Below, piece after piece: positions 10,523 to 23,920 of a stretch of DNA of 64,000 nucleotides; the stretch's first letter is position 1, and every line of letters starts with the position of its first letter. The notes below the pieces were generated by a model. The model worked only from the letters and a program-made list of their open reading frames with translations. It ran no database searches and was not told the origin of the DNA. The translations under genes were made by a program, and so were the position numbers. The stretch is from a phage: sequence record PV730302.1; one strand, given 5' to 3'.

Positions 10523-11455
10523 ATGGCAAGTGAATCATTTAACCCTAAGCAACTCAAGGACGCTATCCTGCGCCGCCTGGGTGCGCCGATTACAAATATT
10601 GAAGTAACTACAGACCAAGTATATGATTGCATCCAGCGAGCCCTAGAGCTCTACGGTGAGTACCATTATAACGGGTATAACAAAGGTTATCAGGCTTTTT
10701 ATATCGGCCATGACGATGAAGAAAAATTCCGTAATGGGGTATTTGACCTTAAAGGCCGTAATATATTTGCAGTGACACAAATTTTGAGAACCAATGTAGG
10801 TTCTTTAACATCTATGGATGGGCAAGCGACTTATCCGTGGTTTACTGATTTTGTATTAGGCTTAGCAGGTATTAATGGCGGGCTAGGGTCTTCGTGTAAC
10901 AGTTTTGGACCTAATGCCTTCGGCGCCGACCTTGGTTATTTTACCCAACTAATGCAATATCGTTCTATGATGCAGGACCTTTTGGTTCCACTACCTGATT
11001 ATTGGTATAACGATGCCACCGAACAGTTGAAGGTAATGGGTAACTTTGTTAAAGGCGATTTTATTGTAATTGAAGTTTATACTCGCTCTTTTAATGGGGT
11101 TGATTCTATGGTAGGAAATACCGTAGGATACGGTTATGCTTCAGCTTGTGGTGAAGATGCATGGAGCCCGGGTGCTATTTGGGATAATCCGGCGCGTCGT
11201 ATTTCTGGTATGCGTGTAGGTGAGGACCTTGGTCTTCAAGATGGTGCATATAATAACCGTTGGGTCAAAGATTATGCCACGGCATTGGTTAAAGAAGTCA
11301 ATGGTAATATTTTAGCCAAACACCAAGGCATGCAACTTGCAGGTGGAACCACCGTAGATGGCATTCGATTGATTGAAGAAGCTCGTTTAGAAAAAGAACG
11401 ACTTCGCGAGGAATTAGATTTACTCGACCCACCAACACCTATTTTAATTGGATAA
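10523..11455 (+). CDS. gp13: Neck protein gp13
   Basis: 310 aa; synteny; TATAAATA late promoter at 10494-10501. Confidence 0.88.
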   Translation: MASESFNPKQLKDAILRRLGAPITNIEVTTDQVYDCIQRALELYGEYHYNGYNKGYQAFYIGHDDEEKFRNGVFDLKGRNIFAVTQILRTNVGSLTSMDGQATYPWFTDFVLGLAGINGGLGSSCNSFGPNAFGADLGYFTQLMQYRSMMQDLLVPLPDYWYNDATEQLKVMGNFVKGDFIVIEVYTRSFNGVDSMVGNTVGYGYASACGEDAWSPGAIWDNPARRISGMRVGEDLGLQDGAYNNRWVKDYATALVKEVNGNILAKHQGMQLAGGTTVDGIRLIEEARLEKERLREELDLLDPPTPILIG

Positions 11456-11457
11456 TT

Positions 11458-12231
11458 ATGGCTACTTTCGATTCGAGTTTATTCGCTAAGCTAGAAGATA
11501 ATACTGGCTATGCTAACACGAACGAAACTGAAATAATGAACCCTTTCGTCAACTTTTACAAGCATGAGAATACCCAAACATTGGCTGATGCTTTAGTTGC
11601 TGAGTCTATTCAAATGCGTGGTATTGAGCTTTATTATATACCACGTGAATATGTTAAACCAGACCAGCTATTTGGCGAAGACCTTCAGAACAAATTTACT
11701 AAAGCCTGGAAGTTTGCAGGATATTTGGATTCCTTTGAAGGTTATTCCGGTGACAATACTTATTTCAGTAAGTTCGGTATGATGGTTAATGATGAAGTGA
11801 CAATCACAATTAACCCTAACCTTTTTAAACATCAATGCAATGGCACTGAACCTGTTTCAGGCGACTTGATTTATTTCCCAATGGACAATAGCCTATTCGA
11901 AATTAACTGGGTACAACCTTACGACCCATTCTATCAAGTAGGTGCTAACGTCCAGCGTCGAATCACTGCTACCAAGTTCATTTATAATGGTGAAGAACTT
12001 CGTCCTGAATTACAGAGAAATGAAGGTATTAATATTCCTGAATTTAGTGAGCTTGATTTAATGCCTGTTAAGAATATCGACGGATTGGCAGATATCTCAG
12101 ACATTCAATACGAAGAGGTCAACGAGATTAATGCTGAAGCGGCTGAATTCGTACATCCTTATGTTGTAATTAATGGTCGAGGAGAGGATGCTCCTCCTAC
12201 AGCATTTGATGATGCTTTTTTAGATGATTAA
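11458..12231 (+). CDS. gp14: Neck protein gp14
   Basis: 257 aa; synteny with T4 gene 14. Confidence 0.88.
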   Translation: MATFDSSLFAKLEDNTGYANTNETEIMNPFVNFYKHENTQTLADALVAESIQMRGIELYYIPREYVKPDQLFGEDLQNKFTKAWKFAGYLDSFEGYSGDNTYFSKFGMMVNDEVTITINPNLFKHQCNGTEPVSGDLIYFPMDNSLFEINWVQPYDPFYQVGANVQRRITATKFIYNGEELRPELQRNEGINIPEFSELDLMPVKNIDGLADISDIQYEEVNEINAEAAEFVHPYVVINGRGEDAPPTAFDDAFLDD

Positions 12232-12245
12232 ATAATACATGGCGC

Positions 12246-13132
12246 ATGGTGCGCCATTTAGGAGGTTTGATGTTTGGACATTGGTATAATAGTTCGCTAC
12301 GTCGCTATATTGTTTTGATGGGTGATTTATTTTCCCATGTTCAAGTAGCACGTCAAAGAGAAGATACAGGACTTAAATTTATTAAAGTTCCTATTACGTA
12401 TGCTTCTAAAGAAAGATTTATGGCAAATTTAGGTAAATGGACTGCTGTTCAAAATATTCCAAACCCTAATATGTCTCCTAAAGAACGAGCTGAACAAAAA
12501 GCTAAAGTGGAAACAGTTCTTCCACGTATGAACCTTCAAATGGTTGATATGCTTTATAACTCACAATACAAAACGGCTCTTCAGAACAGAACACAAATTC
12601 AATTTGAGAATGGTGACCCGAGAAAACGAGTTAGCCAATATTCTCCTACTCCAGTAAAAATGATTTTCGAACTGGGTATTTACACTAGAACCCAAGATGA
12701 TATGTTCCAAATTGTGGAACAGATTATGCCTTATTTCCAACCTCATTTTAATACTACAATTACCGAACTCTATACAAACGAGATTAAATTTGACCGTGAT
12801 ATTCGTATTGTGTTCCAGTCTATTGCAATGGATGAACAATTAGAAGGTGATACCACTTCACGTCGTCGCTTAGAATGGTCTATGATGTTTGAGGTTAACG
12901 GGTGGTTATATCCTCCAGTTAAAGAAATGGAAGGCGAAATTAAAACCATTTATCTTGATTTCTTTGCTAACTCAAAGGAACTCGCTCCTGAAGGTAATTT
13001 CGAATCGGTTGATAGCGAAGTGGTTCCTAGAGGTATAGAAGAAAAAGAATGGGATGGAAGTTCCGTTCAAACATATTCACAAGATATTCCAGTGCCTGTC
13101 GAGCCAGCGCCTCCAGCACCAAGGAGAACCCC

Positions 13133-13136
<4 letters not shown>
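12246..13136 (+). CDS. gp15: Tail sheath stabilizer / tail terminator gp15
   Basis: 296 aa; synteny; ends with a Pro-rich tail [15 protein letters not shown] adjacent to the gp16 start. Confidence 0.88.
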
Positions 13137-15446
<2,310 letters not shown>

Positions 15447-15475
15447 ACAATAAAGCATAACCAAGAGGATTCAAA

Positions 15476-17458
15476 ATGTCTTTATTATCACCGGGCATTG
15501 AGCTCAAAGAAACGTCCGTACAGAGTACTGTCGTTCGTAACGCAACGGGTCGTGCAGCGCTGGTTGGTAAATTCCAGTGGGGCCCTGCTTTCCAGGTAAC
15601 TCAAATTACTAACGAAGTTGAACTGGTGGATTTGTTTGGAGGTCCTAACAACGAAGTGGCAGATTATTTTATGTCTGGTATGAACTTCCTCCAATATGGT
15701 AACGACCTTCGTACTGTTCGTGTTGTTAACCGTGAATTCGCTAAAAACGCATCTCCTGTTGCAGGCAATATCGAAACCACTATTACTACGGCTGGTTCTA
15801 ACTATGCAGTAGGCGATAAAATTAATATCAAGCACAACCAAACTGTTGTTGAATCTGAAGGTCGTGTGACTTCTGTAGATACGGATGGTAAAATTCTTTC
15901 CGTGTTTATCCCATCAGCAAAAATTATTGCTTATGCACGTTCTTTAAACCAGTATCCTGCCCTGGGCCCGGCTTGGACGGCTGAAGTTACTTCCGCTTCT
16001 TCTGGTGTTTCCGGTACTATTACCGTAGGTAAAATTGTTACGGATTCAGGTATTCTTTTAACTGAAGCAGAGAACAGTGAAGAAGCTATTACTTCCCTGG
16101 AATTCCAAGCATCTCTTAAGAAATTTGCTATGCCGGGCGTAGTTGCTCTTTATCCAGGCGAAATTGGTTCCACCTTAGAAGTAGAAATCGTTTCCAAAGC
16201 CGCTTATGATGTTGGTTCTTCTAAAATGCTGGATATTTATCCGGGCGGTGGTTCTCGTGCTTCTATTGCCAAGGCGGTATTTAATTACGGCCCACAAACA
16301 GATGACCAATACGCGATTATTGTTCGTCGTGACGGCGCTATCGTAGAATCTGTCGTACTTTCTACCAAAGAAGGTGAAAAAGACGTTTACGGTAATAACA
16401 TTTATCTTGACGACTATTTCGCTAAAGGTACTTCTAACTATATTTTTGCTACCTCTTTGAACTGGCCTAAAGGCTTCAGTGGTATCATTAATCTGATGGG
16501 TGGTGTATCTGCTAACGATCAGGTTACTGCAAGTGATTTGATGCAGGGTTGGGATTTGTTTGCCGACCGTGAAGCACTCCATATTAACCTTTTGATTGCT
16601 GGTGCTGTTGCTGGTGAAGGCGATGAAGTTGCTTCTACCGTTCAGAAACACGTGGTGAGCATTGCTGATGAACGTCAAGATTGCTTAGCCTTTATTTCTC
16701 CTCCTAAAGGACTGTTGGTTAACGTTCCATTGACTCGTGCAGTAGATAACCTTATTGACTGGCGTACAGGTGCAGGTACTTTCGATACCAACAACATGAA
16801 CATTAGCACCACTTATGCTGCTATTGATGGTAACTATAAATATCAGTATGACAAATATAATGACGTAAACCGTTGGGTGCCTCTGGCCGCTGATATGGCT
16901 GGTTTGTGTGCGCGTACAGATGATGTTTCTCAGCCTTGGATGTCTCCGGCTGGTTATAACCGTGGTCAGATTCTTAACGTTCTGAAATTGGCAATTGAAC
17001 CACGCCAAGCTCAACGTGACCGCATGTACCAAGAAGCTATTAACCCGGTTGTTGGTTTTGCTGGTGGCGATGGTTTCGTATTGTTTGGTGATAAGACTGC
17101 AACTAAAGTTCCATCTCCGATGGACCATATTAACGTTCGCCGTCTGTTCAACATGCTTAAGAAAAATATCGGTGATGCCTCTAAATATAAACTGTTTGAA
17201 TTGAACGACAACTTCACTCGTTCAAGCTTCCGTATGGAAGTTTCTCAGTACTTAGATGGTATTAAGGCACTTGGTGGGATTTATGAAGGACGTGTGGTTT
17301 GTGATACTACAGTGAACACCCCTGCGGTTATCGACCGTAATGAGTTTATTGCTAATATCTATGTTAAACCTTCTCGTTCTATTAACTACATCACGTTGAA
17401 CTTCGTTGCAACGAGCACTGGTGCTGATTTTGATGAATTGATTGGACCTTTAGTATAA
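15476..17458 (+). CDS. gp18: Tail sheath protein gp18
   Basis: 660 aa; high similarity to T4 gp18 as recalled; TATAAATA at 15439-15446. Confidence 0.95.
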   Translation: MSLLSPGIELKETSVQSTVVRNATGRAALVGKFQWGPAFQVTQITNEVELVDLFGGPNNEVADYFMSGMNFLQYGNDLRTVRVVNREFAKNASPVAGNIETTITTAGSNYAVGDKINIKHNQTVVESEGRVTSVDTDGKILSVFIPSAKIIAYARSLNQYPALGPAWTAEVTSASSGVSGTITVGKIVTDSGILLTEAENSEEAITSLEFQASLKKFAMPGVVALYPGEIGSTLEVEIVSKAAYDVGSSKMLDIYPGGGSRASIAKAVFNYGPQTDDQYAIIVRRDGAIVESVVLSTKEGEKDVYGNNIYLDDYFAKGTSNYIFATSLNWPKGFSGIINLMGGVSANDQVTASDLMQGWDLFADREALHINLLIAGAVAGEGDEVASTVQKHVVSIADERQDCLAFISPPKGLLVNVPLTRAVDNLIDWRTGAGTFDTNNMNISTTYAAIDGNYKYQYDKYNDVNRWVPLAADMAGLCARTDDVSQPWMSPAGYNRGQILNVLKLAIEPRQAQRDRMYQEAINPVVGFAGGDGFVLFGDKTATKVPSPMDHINVRRLFNMLKKNIGDASKYKLFELNDNFTRSSFRMEVSQYLDGIKALGGIYEGRVVCDTTVNTPAVIDRNEFIANIYVKPSRSINYITLNFVATSTGADFDELIGPLV

Positions 17459-17583
17459 TCTATTATCCCAGGCTGTAATATAAAGAACCTAAAACCATTA
17501 TACCATGAGTTTGGTTACAGCGTACATCACGTAGAATTGCGCCTGGGATTGATTAGCTATCAGGAATATGATTTATCAACTGT

Positions 17584-17591
17584 TATAAATA
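17584..17591 (+). promoter_or_regulatory. T4-type late promoter TATAAATA (gp19)
   Basis: Exact TATAAATA in gp18-gp19 intergenic region. Confidence 0.6.
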
Positions 17592-17643
17592 AATTAATCA
17601 GAACGTTCCTGGTGTGTCCAGGAACTGACTTATGAGGCATCCC

Positions 17644-18135
17644 ATGGAGTTGACAGATATCACTCGTGCATTTGAGTCAGGTGACTTTGCACGCCCTAAC
17701 CTTTTCGAAGTGGAAATTCCATTTCTTGGTAAAAACTTTAGCTTTAAATGTAAAGCAGCACCTATGCCAGCAGGCATTGTAGAAAAAGTACCGGTTGGCT
17801 ACATGAACCGTAAAATTAACGTAGCTGGTGACCGTACGTTTGATGATTGGACCATTACCATTTATAACGATGATGCACATGACACTCGTCAAGCAATTGT
17901 TGATTGGCAGAATCTCTGTCATGGTATGACCAATGAAATTACCGGTGCAGCACCTGCAGAATATAAGAAACAAGCAGTAGTTCGCCAGTTCCATCGTGAC
18001 GGCAAGACTGTGACCAAAGAAGTTACAATTTACGGCTTATGGCCTACTAACGTTGGTGAAGTCCAGATGGATTGGGACAGTAACAACGAAGTTGAAACGT
18101 TTGAAAGTACGTTCGCTATCGATTGGTGGGAATGA
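17644..18135 (+). CDS. gp19: Tail tube protein gp19
   Basis: Start at internal ATG (MELTDITRAF) preceded by GAGG; 163 aa matching T4 gp19. Confidence 0.9.
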   Translation: MELTDITRAFESGDFARPNLFEVEIPFLGKNFSFKCKAAPMPAGIVEKVPVGYMNRKINVAGDRTFDDWTITIYNDDAHDTRQAIVDWQNLCHGMTNEITGAAPAEYKKQAVVRQFHRDGKTVTKEVTIYGLWPTNVGEVQMDWDSNNEVETFESTFAIDWWE

Positions 18136-18136
18136 G

Positions 18137-18144
18137 TATAAATA
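18137..18144 (+). promoter_or_regulatory. T4-type late promoter TATAAATA (gp20)
   Basis: Exact TATAAATA just after gp19 stop. Confidence 0.6.
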
Positions 18145-18154
18145 GAATTATCAA

Positions 18155-18168
18155 GGAGCTTCGGCTCC
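18155..18168 (+). other. Stem-loop GGAGC-ttcg-GCTCC in gp20 leader / after gp19
   Basis: Hairpin lies between late promoter 18137-18144 and gp20 ATG; weak U-run. Confidence 0.35.
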
Positions 18169-18192
18169 TTATCCCATTCATCGGAGACTCTA

Positions 18193-19767
18193 ATGGCAAA
18201 CTTTAATACAATATTAAGTTTTCTTAAGCCATGGGCTAATGAAGACGAAAAAGAATATAAACAACAAATTAATAACAATTTAGAGTCTGTCACCGCACCT
18301 AAGCTTGATGATGGCGCTCGCGAAATTGAGACACAAGAGCAAAATATCCCTTATAATGCTCTTATGCAACAGATGTTTGGTAGTAATGAGCCTGAAGTTA
18401 AAAATACCAGGGAACTTATTGATACCTACCGTAATTTAATGAATAACTACGAAGTCGACAACGCCGTACAGGAAATTGTGTCTGACGCTATTGTCTATGA
18501 GGATGATAAAGAAGTAGTTGCATTGAATTTAGACGGGACGGAATTTAGTCAAGCAATTAAAGATAAAATCTTGGCCGAATTCAGTGAAGTTTTAAACCTT
18601 TTAAATTTCCAACGTAAAGGCACTGACCATTTCCAACGCTGGTATGTAGACTCAAGAATTTTCTTTCATAAAATTATAAACCCTAAAAAAATGAAAGATG
18701 GTGTACAAGAGCTTCGTCGCTTAGACCCACGCCAAGTCCAATATATTCGTGAAATCGTTACACGTATGGAAGATGGTGTTAAAGTTGTAGACGGATATCG
18801 CGAGTTTTTCGTTTATGACACAGGTCATGAAAGTTATTGCGCAGATGGACGCATTTATTCAGCCGGGACTAAAGTTAAAATTCCTCGTGCTGCTGTGGTT
18901 TATGCCCATTCAGGATTATTAGATTGTTGTGGTAAAAACATCATTGGCTATTTGCAACGTGCTATTAAGCCGGCAAACCAGCTTAAATTGATGGAAGACG
19001 CAATGGTCATCTACCGTATTACCCGTGCTCCTGACCGTCGTGTGTTTTATATAGATACAGGTAATATGCCTTCACGTAAGGCTGCAGCACAAATGCAACA
19101 TATCATGAACACGATGAAAAACCGTGTGGTGTATGATGCTTCGACAGGTAAAATTAAAAACCAACAACACAATATGTCCATGACTGAAGACTATTGGTTG
19201 CAACGTCGTGATGGTAAAGCGGTAACAGAAGTTGATACAATGCCAGGTGCTACTGGTATGAGTGATATGGATGACGTTCTTTATTTCCGCACAGCACTTT
19301 ACCGTGCGTTGCGTGTTCCTGAATCACGTATCCCTAGCGAGTCTAATTCTGGTGTTATGTTTGATGCCGGTACAGCAATCACTCGTGACGAATTAAAATT
19401 CTCTAAATGGATTCGTCAACTACAAAACAAATTTGAAGAAATTTTCCTAGACCCGTTAAAAACAAACCTCATTCTTAAAAAGATTATTACAGAAGATGAG
19501 TGGGAAAAGGAAATAAATAATATTAAAGTTACGTTTAACCGTGATAGCTATTTCAGTGAAATGAAAGATGCTGAAATCATGGAACGCAGAATCAATATGC
19601 TAACGATGGCTGAACCATTTATTGGTAAGTACATTTCACATCAAACGGCTATGAAAGATTTCCTCCAAATGACCGACGAAGAAATTAATCAAGAAGCTAA
19701 GCAAATTGAAGAAGAGTCTAAAGAGGCTCGTTTCCAAAACCCAGATGAAGAAGAAGAGGATTTCTAA
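18193..19767 (+). CDS. gp20: Portal vertex protein gp20
   Basis: 524 aa, same length as T4 gp20; synteny; TATAAATA at 18137-18144. Confidence 0.93.
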   Translation: MANFNTILSFLKPWANEDEKEYKQQINNNLESVTAPKLDDGAREIETQEQNIPYNALMQQMFGSNEPEVKNTRELIDTYRNLMNNYEVDNAVQEIVSDAIVYEDDKEVVALNLDGTEFSQAIKDKILAEFSEVLNLLNFQRKGTDHFQRWYVDSRIFFHKIINPKKMKDGVQELRRLDPRQVQYIREIVTRMEDGVKVVDGYREFFVYDTGHESYCADGRIYSAGTKVKIPRAAVVYAHSGLLDCCGKNIIGYLQRAIKPANQLKLMEDAMVIYRITRAPDRRVFYIDTGNMPSRKAAAQMQHIMNTMKNRVVYDASTGKIKNQQHNMSMTEDYWLQRRDGKAVTEVDTMPGATGMSDMDDVLYFRTALYRALRVPESRIPSESNSGVMFDAGTAITRDELKFSKWIRQLQNKFEEIFLDPLKTNLILKKIITEDEWEKEINNIKVTFNRDSYFSEMKDAEIMERRINMLTMAEPFIGKYISHQTAMKDFLQMTDEEINQEAKQIEEESKEARFQNPDEEEEDF

Positions 19768-20012
19768 TGGAAGATTTAATCGAAGCTATTAAATCAAACG
19801 ACCTCGTAGCAGTTCGTAAAGCAGCAGCCCCGCTTATCGAATCTCGAGTAACCGCTTTGATTGAAGCCCGTAAAGCAGAAATTGCTCGCTCCGTTATGAT
19901 TGAAGGCGAAGAAGCTGACGAAGATGACGAAGACGACGAAAAATCCGATAAAGCAGATAAGAAAGACAAAAAAGAATCTGACGATGCGGATGACGACGAG
20001 GACGACGAATAA
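19767..20012 (+). CDS. gp67: Prohead core protein gp67
   Basis: 81 aa with poly-acidic C-terminal tail; position between portal and gp68. Confidence 0.8.
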   Translation: MEDLIEAIKSNDLVAVRKAAAPLIESRVTALIEARKAEIARSVMIEGEEADEDDEDDEKSDKADKKDKKESDDADDDEDDE

Positions 20013-20440
20013 TGTTCCTTATCCCTGATGATTACGAATTAACTCTAGAAAGCGTAGAGGCCAAAATTCCAGAAGCACAGGGACGTTTTGCTGCTCTTTC
20101 TGAAGCGCTCGAGAAAAGCGATATAAATAATCTTGTAGAGAACATGATTGCTGAAGGCAATATCGAATGTGCTATCGCTCTTGGTTCTTTAAATGAATCA
20201 ATGGCTCTTAACGAATTTATAGTTAAACACGTTTCCTCTAAAGGTGAGCTTACTCGTACTAAAGATATTAAAACCCGTCAGCGTAATGCGTTCCAAACGA
20301 CAGGTTTATCTAAAGCAAAACGCCGTCAGATTGCTCGTAAAGCATCTAAAACCAAACGTGCTAATCCGTCTACTCAAGTACGTGCCGAACGTAAGCGTAA
20401 GAAAGCCCGTTCTAAACGTAAAGCTTTTGGACTTAACTAA
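20012..20440 (+). CDS. gp68: Prohead core protein gp68
   Basis: 142 aa, basic C-terminus; synteny. Confidence 0.8.
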   Translation: MFLIPDDYELTLESVEAKIPEAQGRFAALSEALEKSDINNLVENMIAEGNIECAIALGSLNESMALNEFIVKHVSSKGELTRTKDIKTRQRNAFQTTGLSKAKRRQIARKASKTKRANPSTQVRAERKRKKARSKRKAFGLN

Positions 20441-21075
20441 TGAAACCTGAATTGCTCATCGAACATTGGGGACAACCAGGTGAAATTATCGATGGGGTTC
20501 CTATGTTGGAATCTCATGATGGAAAAAATTCTGGGCTTGCTCCCGGCCTTTATATAGAAGGCATTTTCATGCAAGCAGAGGTAGTTAACCGTAATAAACG
20601 CCTTTACCCAAAACCTATTTTGGAAAAAGCCGTTGCTGATTATATGGCAGAACAGGTTGCTACTAAACAAGCTTTAGGAGAATTAAACCATCCACCTCGT
20701 GCTAACGTTGACCCTATGCAAGCTGCTATCATTATTGAAGATATGTGGTGGAAAGGTAATGATGTTTATGGACGTGCACGTATCATCGAAGGTGACCATG
20801 GCCCTGGTGATAAACTAGCTGCTAATATTAGAGCTGGCTGGGTTCCTGGTGTTAGTTCTCGTGGTCTTGGTTCTTTAACCGAAACCAACAAAGGATATAA
20901 GCGTGTAAACGAAGGTTATAAATTAACTGTCGGTGTTGATGCAGTATGGGGACCATCTGCTCCTGATGCTTATGTAACTCCGAAGCAAATTACAGAATCA
21001 CAAACGGTAGAAACCGATACCAGTGCCGATGACGCCTTTATGGCTCTCGCAGAGGCCATGAAAAAAGCGTTATAA
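20440..21075 (+). CDS. gp21: Prohead core protease gp21
   Basis: 211 aa; position and size match T4 gp21. Confidence 0.88.
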   Translation: MKPELLIEHWGQPGEIIDGVPMLESHDGKNSGLAPGLYIEGIFMQAEVVNRNKRLYPKPILEKAVADYMAEQVATKQALGELNHPPRANVDPMQAAIIIEDMWWKGNDVYGRARIIEGDHGPGDKLAANIRAGWVPGVSSRGLGSLTETNKGYKRVNEGYKLTVGVDAVWGPSAPDAYVTPKQITESQTVETDTSADDAFMALAEAMKKAL

Positions 21076-21078
21076 ATA
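21071..21078 (+). promoter_or_regulatory. T4-type late promoter TATAAATA (gp22)
   Basis: Exact TATAAATA at gp21 stop, about 28 nt upstream of gp22. Confidence 0.6.
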
Positions 21079-21105
21079 TTATTATCTAAACAACAGGACT
21101 ACAAA

Positions 21106-21921
21106 ATGCTTAAAGAACAACTGATCGCTGAAGCACAGAATATTGATGCTTCCGTTGCTCTTGACAGTATTTTCGAATCAGTTAATATTTCTCCGGAAGC
21201 AAAAGAAACTTTCGGCACTGTATTCGAAGCTACCGTCAAGCAACACGCCGTGAAACTGGCTGAATCTCACATCGCTAAAATCGCTGAAAAAGCGGAAGAA
21301 GAAGTCGAGAAAAATAAAGAAGAAGCTGAAGAAAAAGCCGATAAGAAAATCCAAGAAGCTGCCGGTCGTTTCCTTGACCACGTTGCTAAAGAATGGATGG
21401 CTGAAAACCAGCTGGCTGTTGATAAAGGTATTAAAGCCGAACTGTTCGAATCCATGTTGATGGGTATGAAAGAACTGTTTGTTGAACACAATGTGGTTGT
21501 TCCAGAAGAAGCAGTAGATGTTGTTGCTGAAATGGAAGAAGAGCTCCAAGAGCAGAAAGATGAAACCGCTCGTCTGTTCGAAGAAGTTGGTAAGCGCGAT
21601 GCGTATATTAATTACGTACAGCGTGAAGTTGCTGTTACAGAAGCAACTAAAGACCTGACTGAATCCCAAAAAGAAAAAGTTAGTTCTCTGGTAGAAGGCA
21701 TGGATTATTCCGATGCATTCGGTAAAAAAATTGGCGCTATTGTTGAAATGGTTAAAGGTCAGTCTGACGTTGAAAACCCAATCACCGAAGCCGCTATAAA
21801 TAAAAATGTAGACGATGCTGCGGCCCTGAATTACATTTCAGAAGCAGTTGAAGAAAAAGGCTCTAAGCCTACCCTGTCCTTCGCGGACCTGTCTGCAATC
21901 GCAGCATCACGAATTTCTTAA
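21106..21921 (+). CDS. gp22: Prohead core scaffold protein gp22
   Basis: 271 aa, highly acidic helical protein; TATAAATA at 21071-21078. Confidence 0.88.
   Translation: MLKEQLIAEAQNIDASVALDSIFESVNISPEAKETFGTVFEATVKQHAVKLAESHIAKIAEKAEEEVEKNKEEAEEKADKKIQEAAGRFLDHVAKEWMAENQLAVDKGIKAELFESMLMGMKELFVEHNVVVPEEAVDVVAEMEEELQEQKDETARLFEEVGKRDAYINYVQREVAVTEATKDLTESQKEKVSSLVEGMDYSDAFGKKIGAIVEMVKGQSDVENPITEAAINKNVDDAAALNYISEAVEEKGSKPTLSFADLSAIAASRIS
21795..21802 (+). promoter_or_regulatory. Candidate late promoter TATAAATA for gp23, inside gp22 3' end
   Basis: Exact TATAAATA about 140 nt upstream of gp23 ATG. Confidence 0.4.
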
Positions 21922-21942
21922 TTTAATAAGGTTATACAACAC

Positions 21943-23502
21943 ATGAAAAAGAATGCATTAGTTCAAAAATGGTCCGCTCTGCTGGAAAACGAAGCCCTTC
22001 CTGAAATCGTGGGTGCTTCTAAACAAGCTATCATCGCTAAAATTTTCGAAAACCAGGAACAAGACATCCTGACTGCTCCGGAATACCGTGATGAAAAAAT
22101 CTCTGAAGCATTTGGTTCTTTCCTGACCGAAGCTGAAATTGGTGGTGACCACGGTTATGATGCTACCAATATCGCAGCTGGCCAGACTTCTGGTGCTGTA
22201 ACTCAGATTGGGCCGGCAGTAATGGGTATGGTTCGTCGTGCTATTCCTCATCTGATTGCTTTTGATATTTGCGGTGTTCAGCCTCTGAATAACCCTACCG
22301 GCCAGGTATTTGCCCTTCGTGCAGTTTATGGTAAAGACCCTATCGCTGCTGGCGCTAAAGAAGCTTTCCATCCGATGTATTCTCCGGACGCTATGTTCTC
22401 TGGTCAGGGTGCTGCTAAATCTTTCGAAGCACTGGCTGCAAGCAAAGTTCTGGAAGTTGGTAAAATTTATTCCCACTTCTTCGAAGCTACCGGTGCTGCA
22501 CACTTCCAGGCTGTTGAAGCTGTAACCGTTGATGCTGCTGCTACCGATGCCGCTAAACTGGATGCTGCTGTTACCGCTTTGATTGAAGCAGGTAAGTTGG
22601 CTGAATTGGCTGAAGGTATGGCTACTTCTATCGCTGAACTTCAGGAAGGCTTTAACGGTTCTACCGATAACCCGTGGAACGAAATGGGCTTCCGCATCGA
22701 CAAACAAGTTATCGAAGCTAAATCCCGTCAGCTGAAAGCAAGCTACTCTATCGAACTGGCACAGGACCTTCGTGCAGTACACGGTATGGATGCAGATGCT
22801 GAACTGTCCGGTATCCTTGCTACCGAAATTATGCTCGAAATCAACCGTGAAGTTATCGATTGGATTAACTACTCTGCACAGGTTGGTAAATCTGGTATGA
22901 CCAACACCGTTGGCGCTAAAGCTGGTGTGTTTGACTTCCAGGACCCGATTGATATCCGTGGTGCTCGTTGGGCCGGTGAGAGCTTTAAAGCCCTTCTGTT
23001 CCAGATTGATAAAGAAGCAGCCGAAATCGCTCGTCAGACCGGTCGTGGTGCTGGTAACTTCATCATCGCTTCCCGTAACGTAGTTAACGTACTGGCTGCA
23101 GTTGATACTTCTGTAAGTTATGCAGCTCAAGGTCTGGGTCAAGGTTTCAACGTTGACACAACCAAAGCAGTATTTGCCGGTGTTCTTGGTGGTAAATATC
23201 GCGTTTACATCGACCAGTATGCACGTTCCGATTACTTCACCATCGGTTATAAAGGCGCTAACGAAATGGACGCAGGTATCTACTATGCTCCGTACGTTGC
23301 ACTGACCCCGCTGCGTGGTTCCGATCCGAAGAACTTCCAACCGGTAATGGGCTTCAAAACTCGTTACGGTATCGGTATCAACCCGTTCGCTGACCCGTCT
23401 GCACAGGCTCCTACCAAACGTATTCAGAGCGGTATGCCTGACATCGTTAACAGCCTTGGTCTGAATGGTTACTTCCGTCGCGTATATGTTAAAGGTATCT
23501 AA
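21943..23502 (+). CDS. gp23: Major capsid protein gp23
   Basis: 519 aa; very high similarity to T4 gp23 as recalled; candidate late promoter TATAAATA at 21795-21802 inside the gp22 3' end. Confidence 0.97.
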   Translation: MKKNALVQKWSALLENEALPEIVGASKQAIIAKIFENQEQDILTAPEYRDEKISEAFGSFLTEAEIGGDHGYDATNIAAGQTSGAVTQIGPAVMGMVRRAIPHLIAFDICGVQPLNNPTGQVFALRAVYGKDPIAAGAKEAFHPMYSPDAMFSGQGAAKSFEALAASKVLEVGKIYSHFFEATGAAHFQAVEAVTVDAAATDAAKLDAAVTALIEAGKLAELAEGMATSIAELQEGFNGSTDNPWNEMGFRIDKQVIEAKSRQLKASYSIELAQDLRAVHGMDADAELSGILATEIMLEINREVIDWINYSAQVGKSGMTNTVGAKAGVFDFQDPIDIRGARWAGESFKALLFQIDKEAAEIARQTGRGAGNFIIASRNVVNVLAAVDTSVSYAAQGLGQGFNVDTTKAVFAGVLGGKYRVYIDQYARSDYFTIGYKGANEMDAGIYYAPYVALTPLRGSDPKNFQPVMGFKTRYGIGINPFADPSAQAPTKRIQSGMPDIVNSLGLNGYFRRVYVKGI

Positions 23503-23518
23503 GATATAACCTTATTAT

Positions 23519-23545
23519 GGGAGACTTCGGTCTCCCATTCTTGTT
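23519..23545 (+). terminator. Terminator hairpin after gp23 (GGGAGAC-ttcg-GTCTCCC)
   Basis: 7-bp stem with tetraloop; T-rich tail; also 3' of minus-strand ORF 23552..23818. Confidence 0.55.
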
Positions 23546-23551
23546 TCTGTA

Positions 23552-23818
23552 CTATGCAATCTTAACTCGACGGTTGATGATATCACGGAAGTCAATACGA
23601 TTTTCTTGGATTTTCAGCCAGTTACCAGATTTGTCTTTGGTATGGGTAGAGTATTCACCGTTCCACCAGAAATCAGTTTCATAAGCCAGAGCTTCGTATT
23701 TCTTAACCAATGCATTAACTGCATTACCATTAGGATTGGTACCAAATTTTTCTACCAGAGCTTTGATGTCTTTGTCAAGGTTAGAAAGAGTGGTACGGAT
23801 AAAGTTTAATTTGTTCAT
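23552..23818 (-). CDS. Hypothetical early protein (about 88 aa) between gp23 and gp24
   Basis: Minus-strand ORF; start taken as second ATG preceded by AGGAG; GTTTAC-N17-TAnTAT promoter upstream at 23845-23880. Confidence 0.55.
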   Translation of the reverse strand: MNKLNFIRTTLSNLDKDIKALVEKFGTNPNGNAVNALVKKYEALAYETDFWWNGEYSTHTKDKSGNWLKIQENRIDFRDIINRRVKIA

Positions 23819-23844
23819 TTTTAATCTCCTCATGTTTTGATAGG

Positions 23845-23880
23845 TCTATAGTAACACGACGCTTTTTGTGTGTAAACCAC
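23845..23880 (-). promoter_or_regulatory. T4 early-type promoter (GTTTAC, about 17-18 nt spacer, TACTAT)
   Basis: Minus strand reads GTTTAC..N17-18..TACTATAGACC upstream of ORF 23552..23818. Confidence 0.5.
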
Positions 23881-23883
23881 TTT

Positions 23884-23891
23884 TATAAATA
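23884..23891 (+). promoter_or_regulatory. T4-type late promoter TATAAATA (gp24)
   Basis: Exact TATAAATA about 30 nt upstream of gp24 ATG. Confidence 0.6.
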
Positions 23892-23920
23892 AAATTATAT
23901 TCTCAATAAGGAAAATAGCA

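Noticed and set aside
21178-21669. 163-aa Phe-rich ORF antisense to gp22
   Set aside because: Mirror of the Glu/Lys-rich scaffold gene; no translation signals.
21958-23340. 460-aa ORF antisense to the major capsid gene gp23
   Set aside because: Lies entirely inside and opposite a highly conserved, strongly biased coding gene; low-complexity translation; no start context. Typical antisense artifact.
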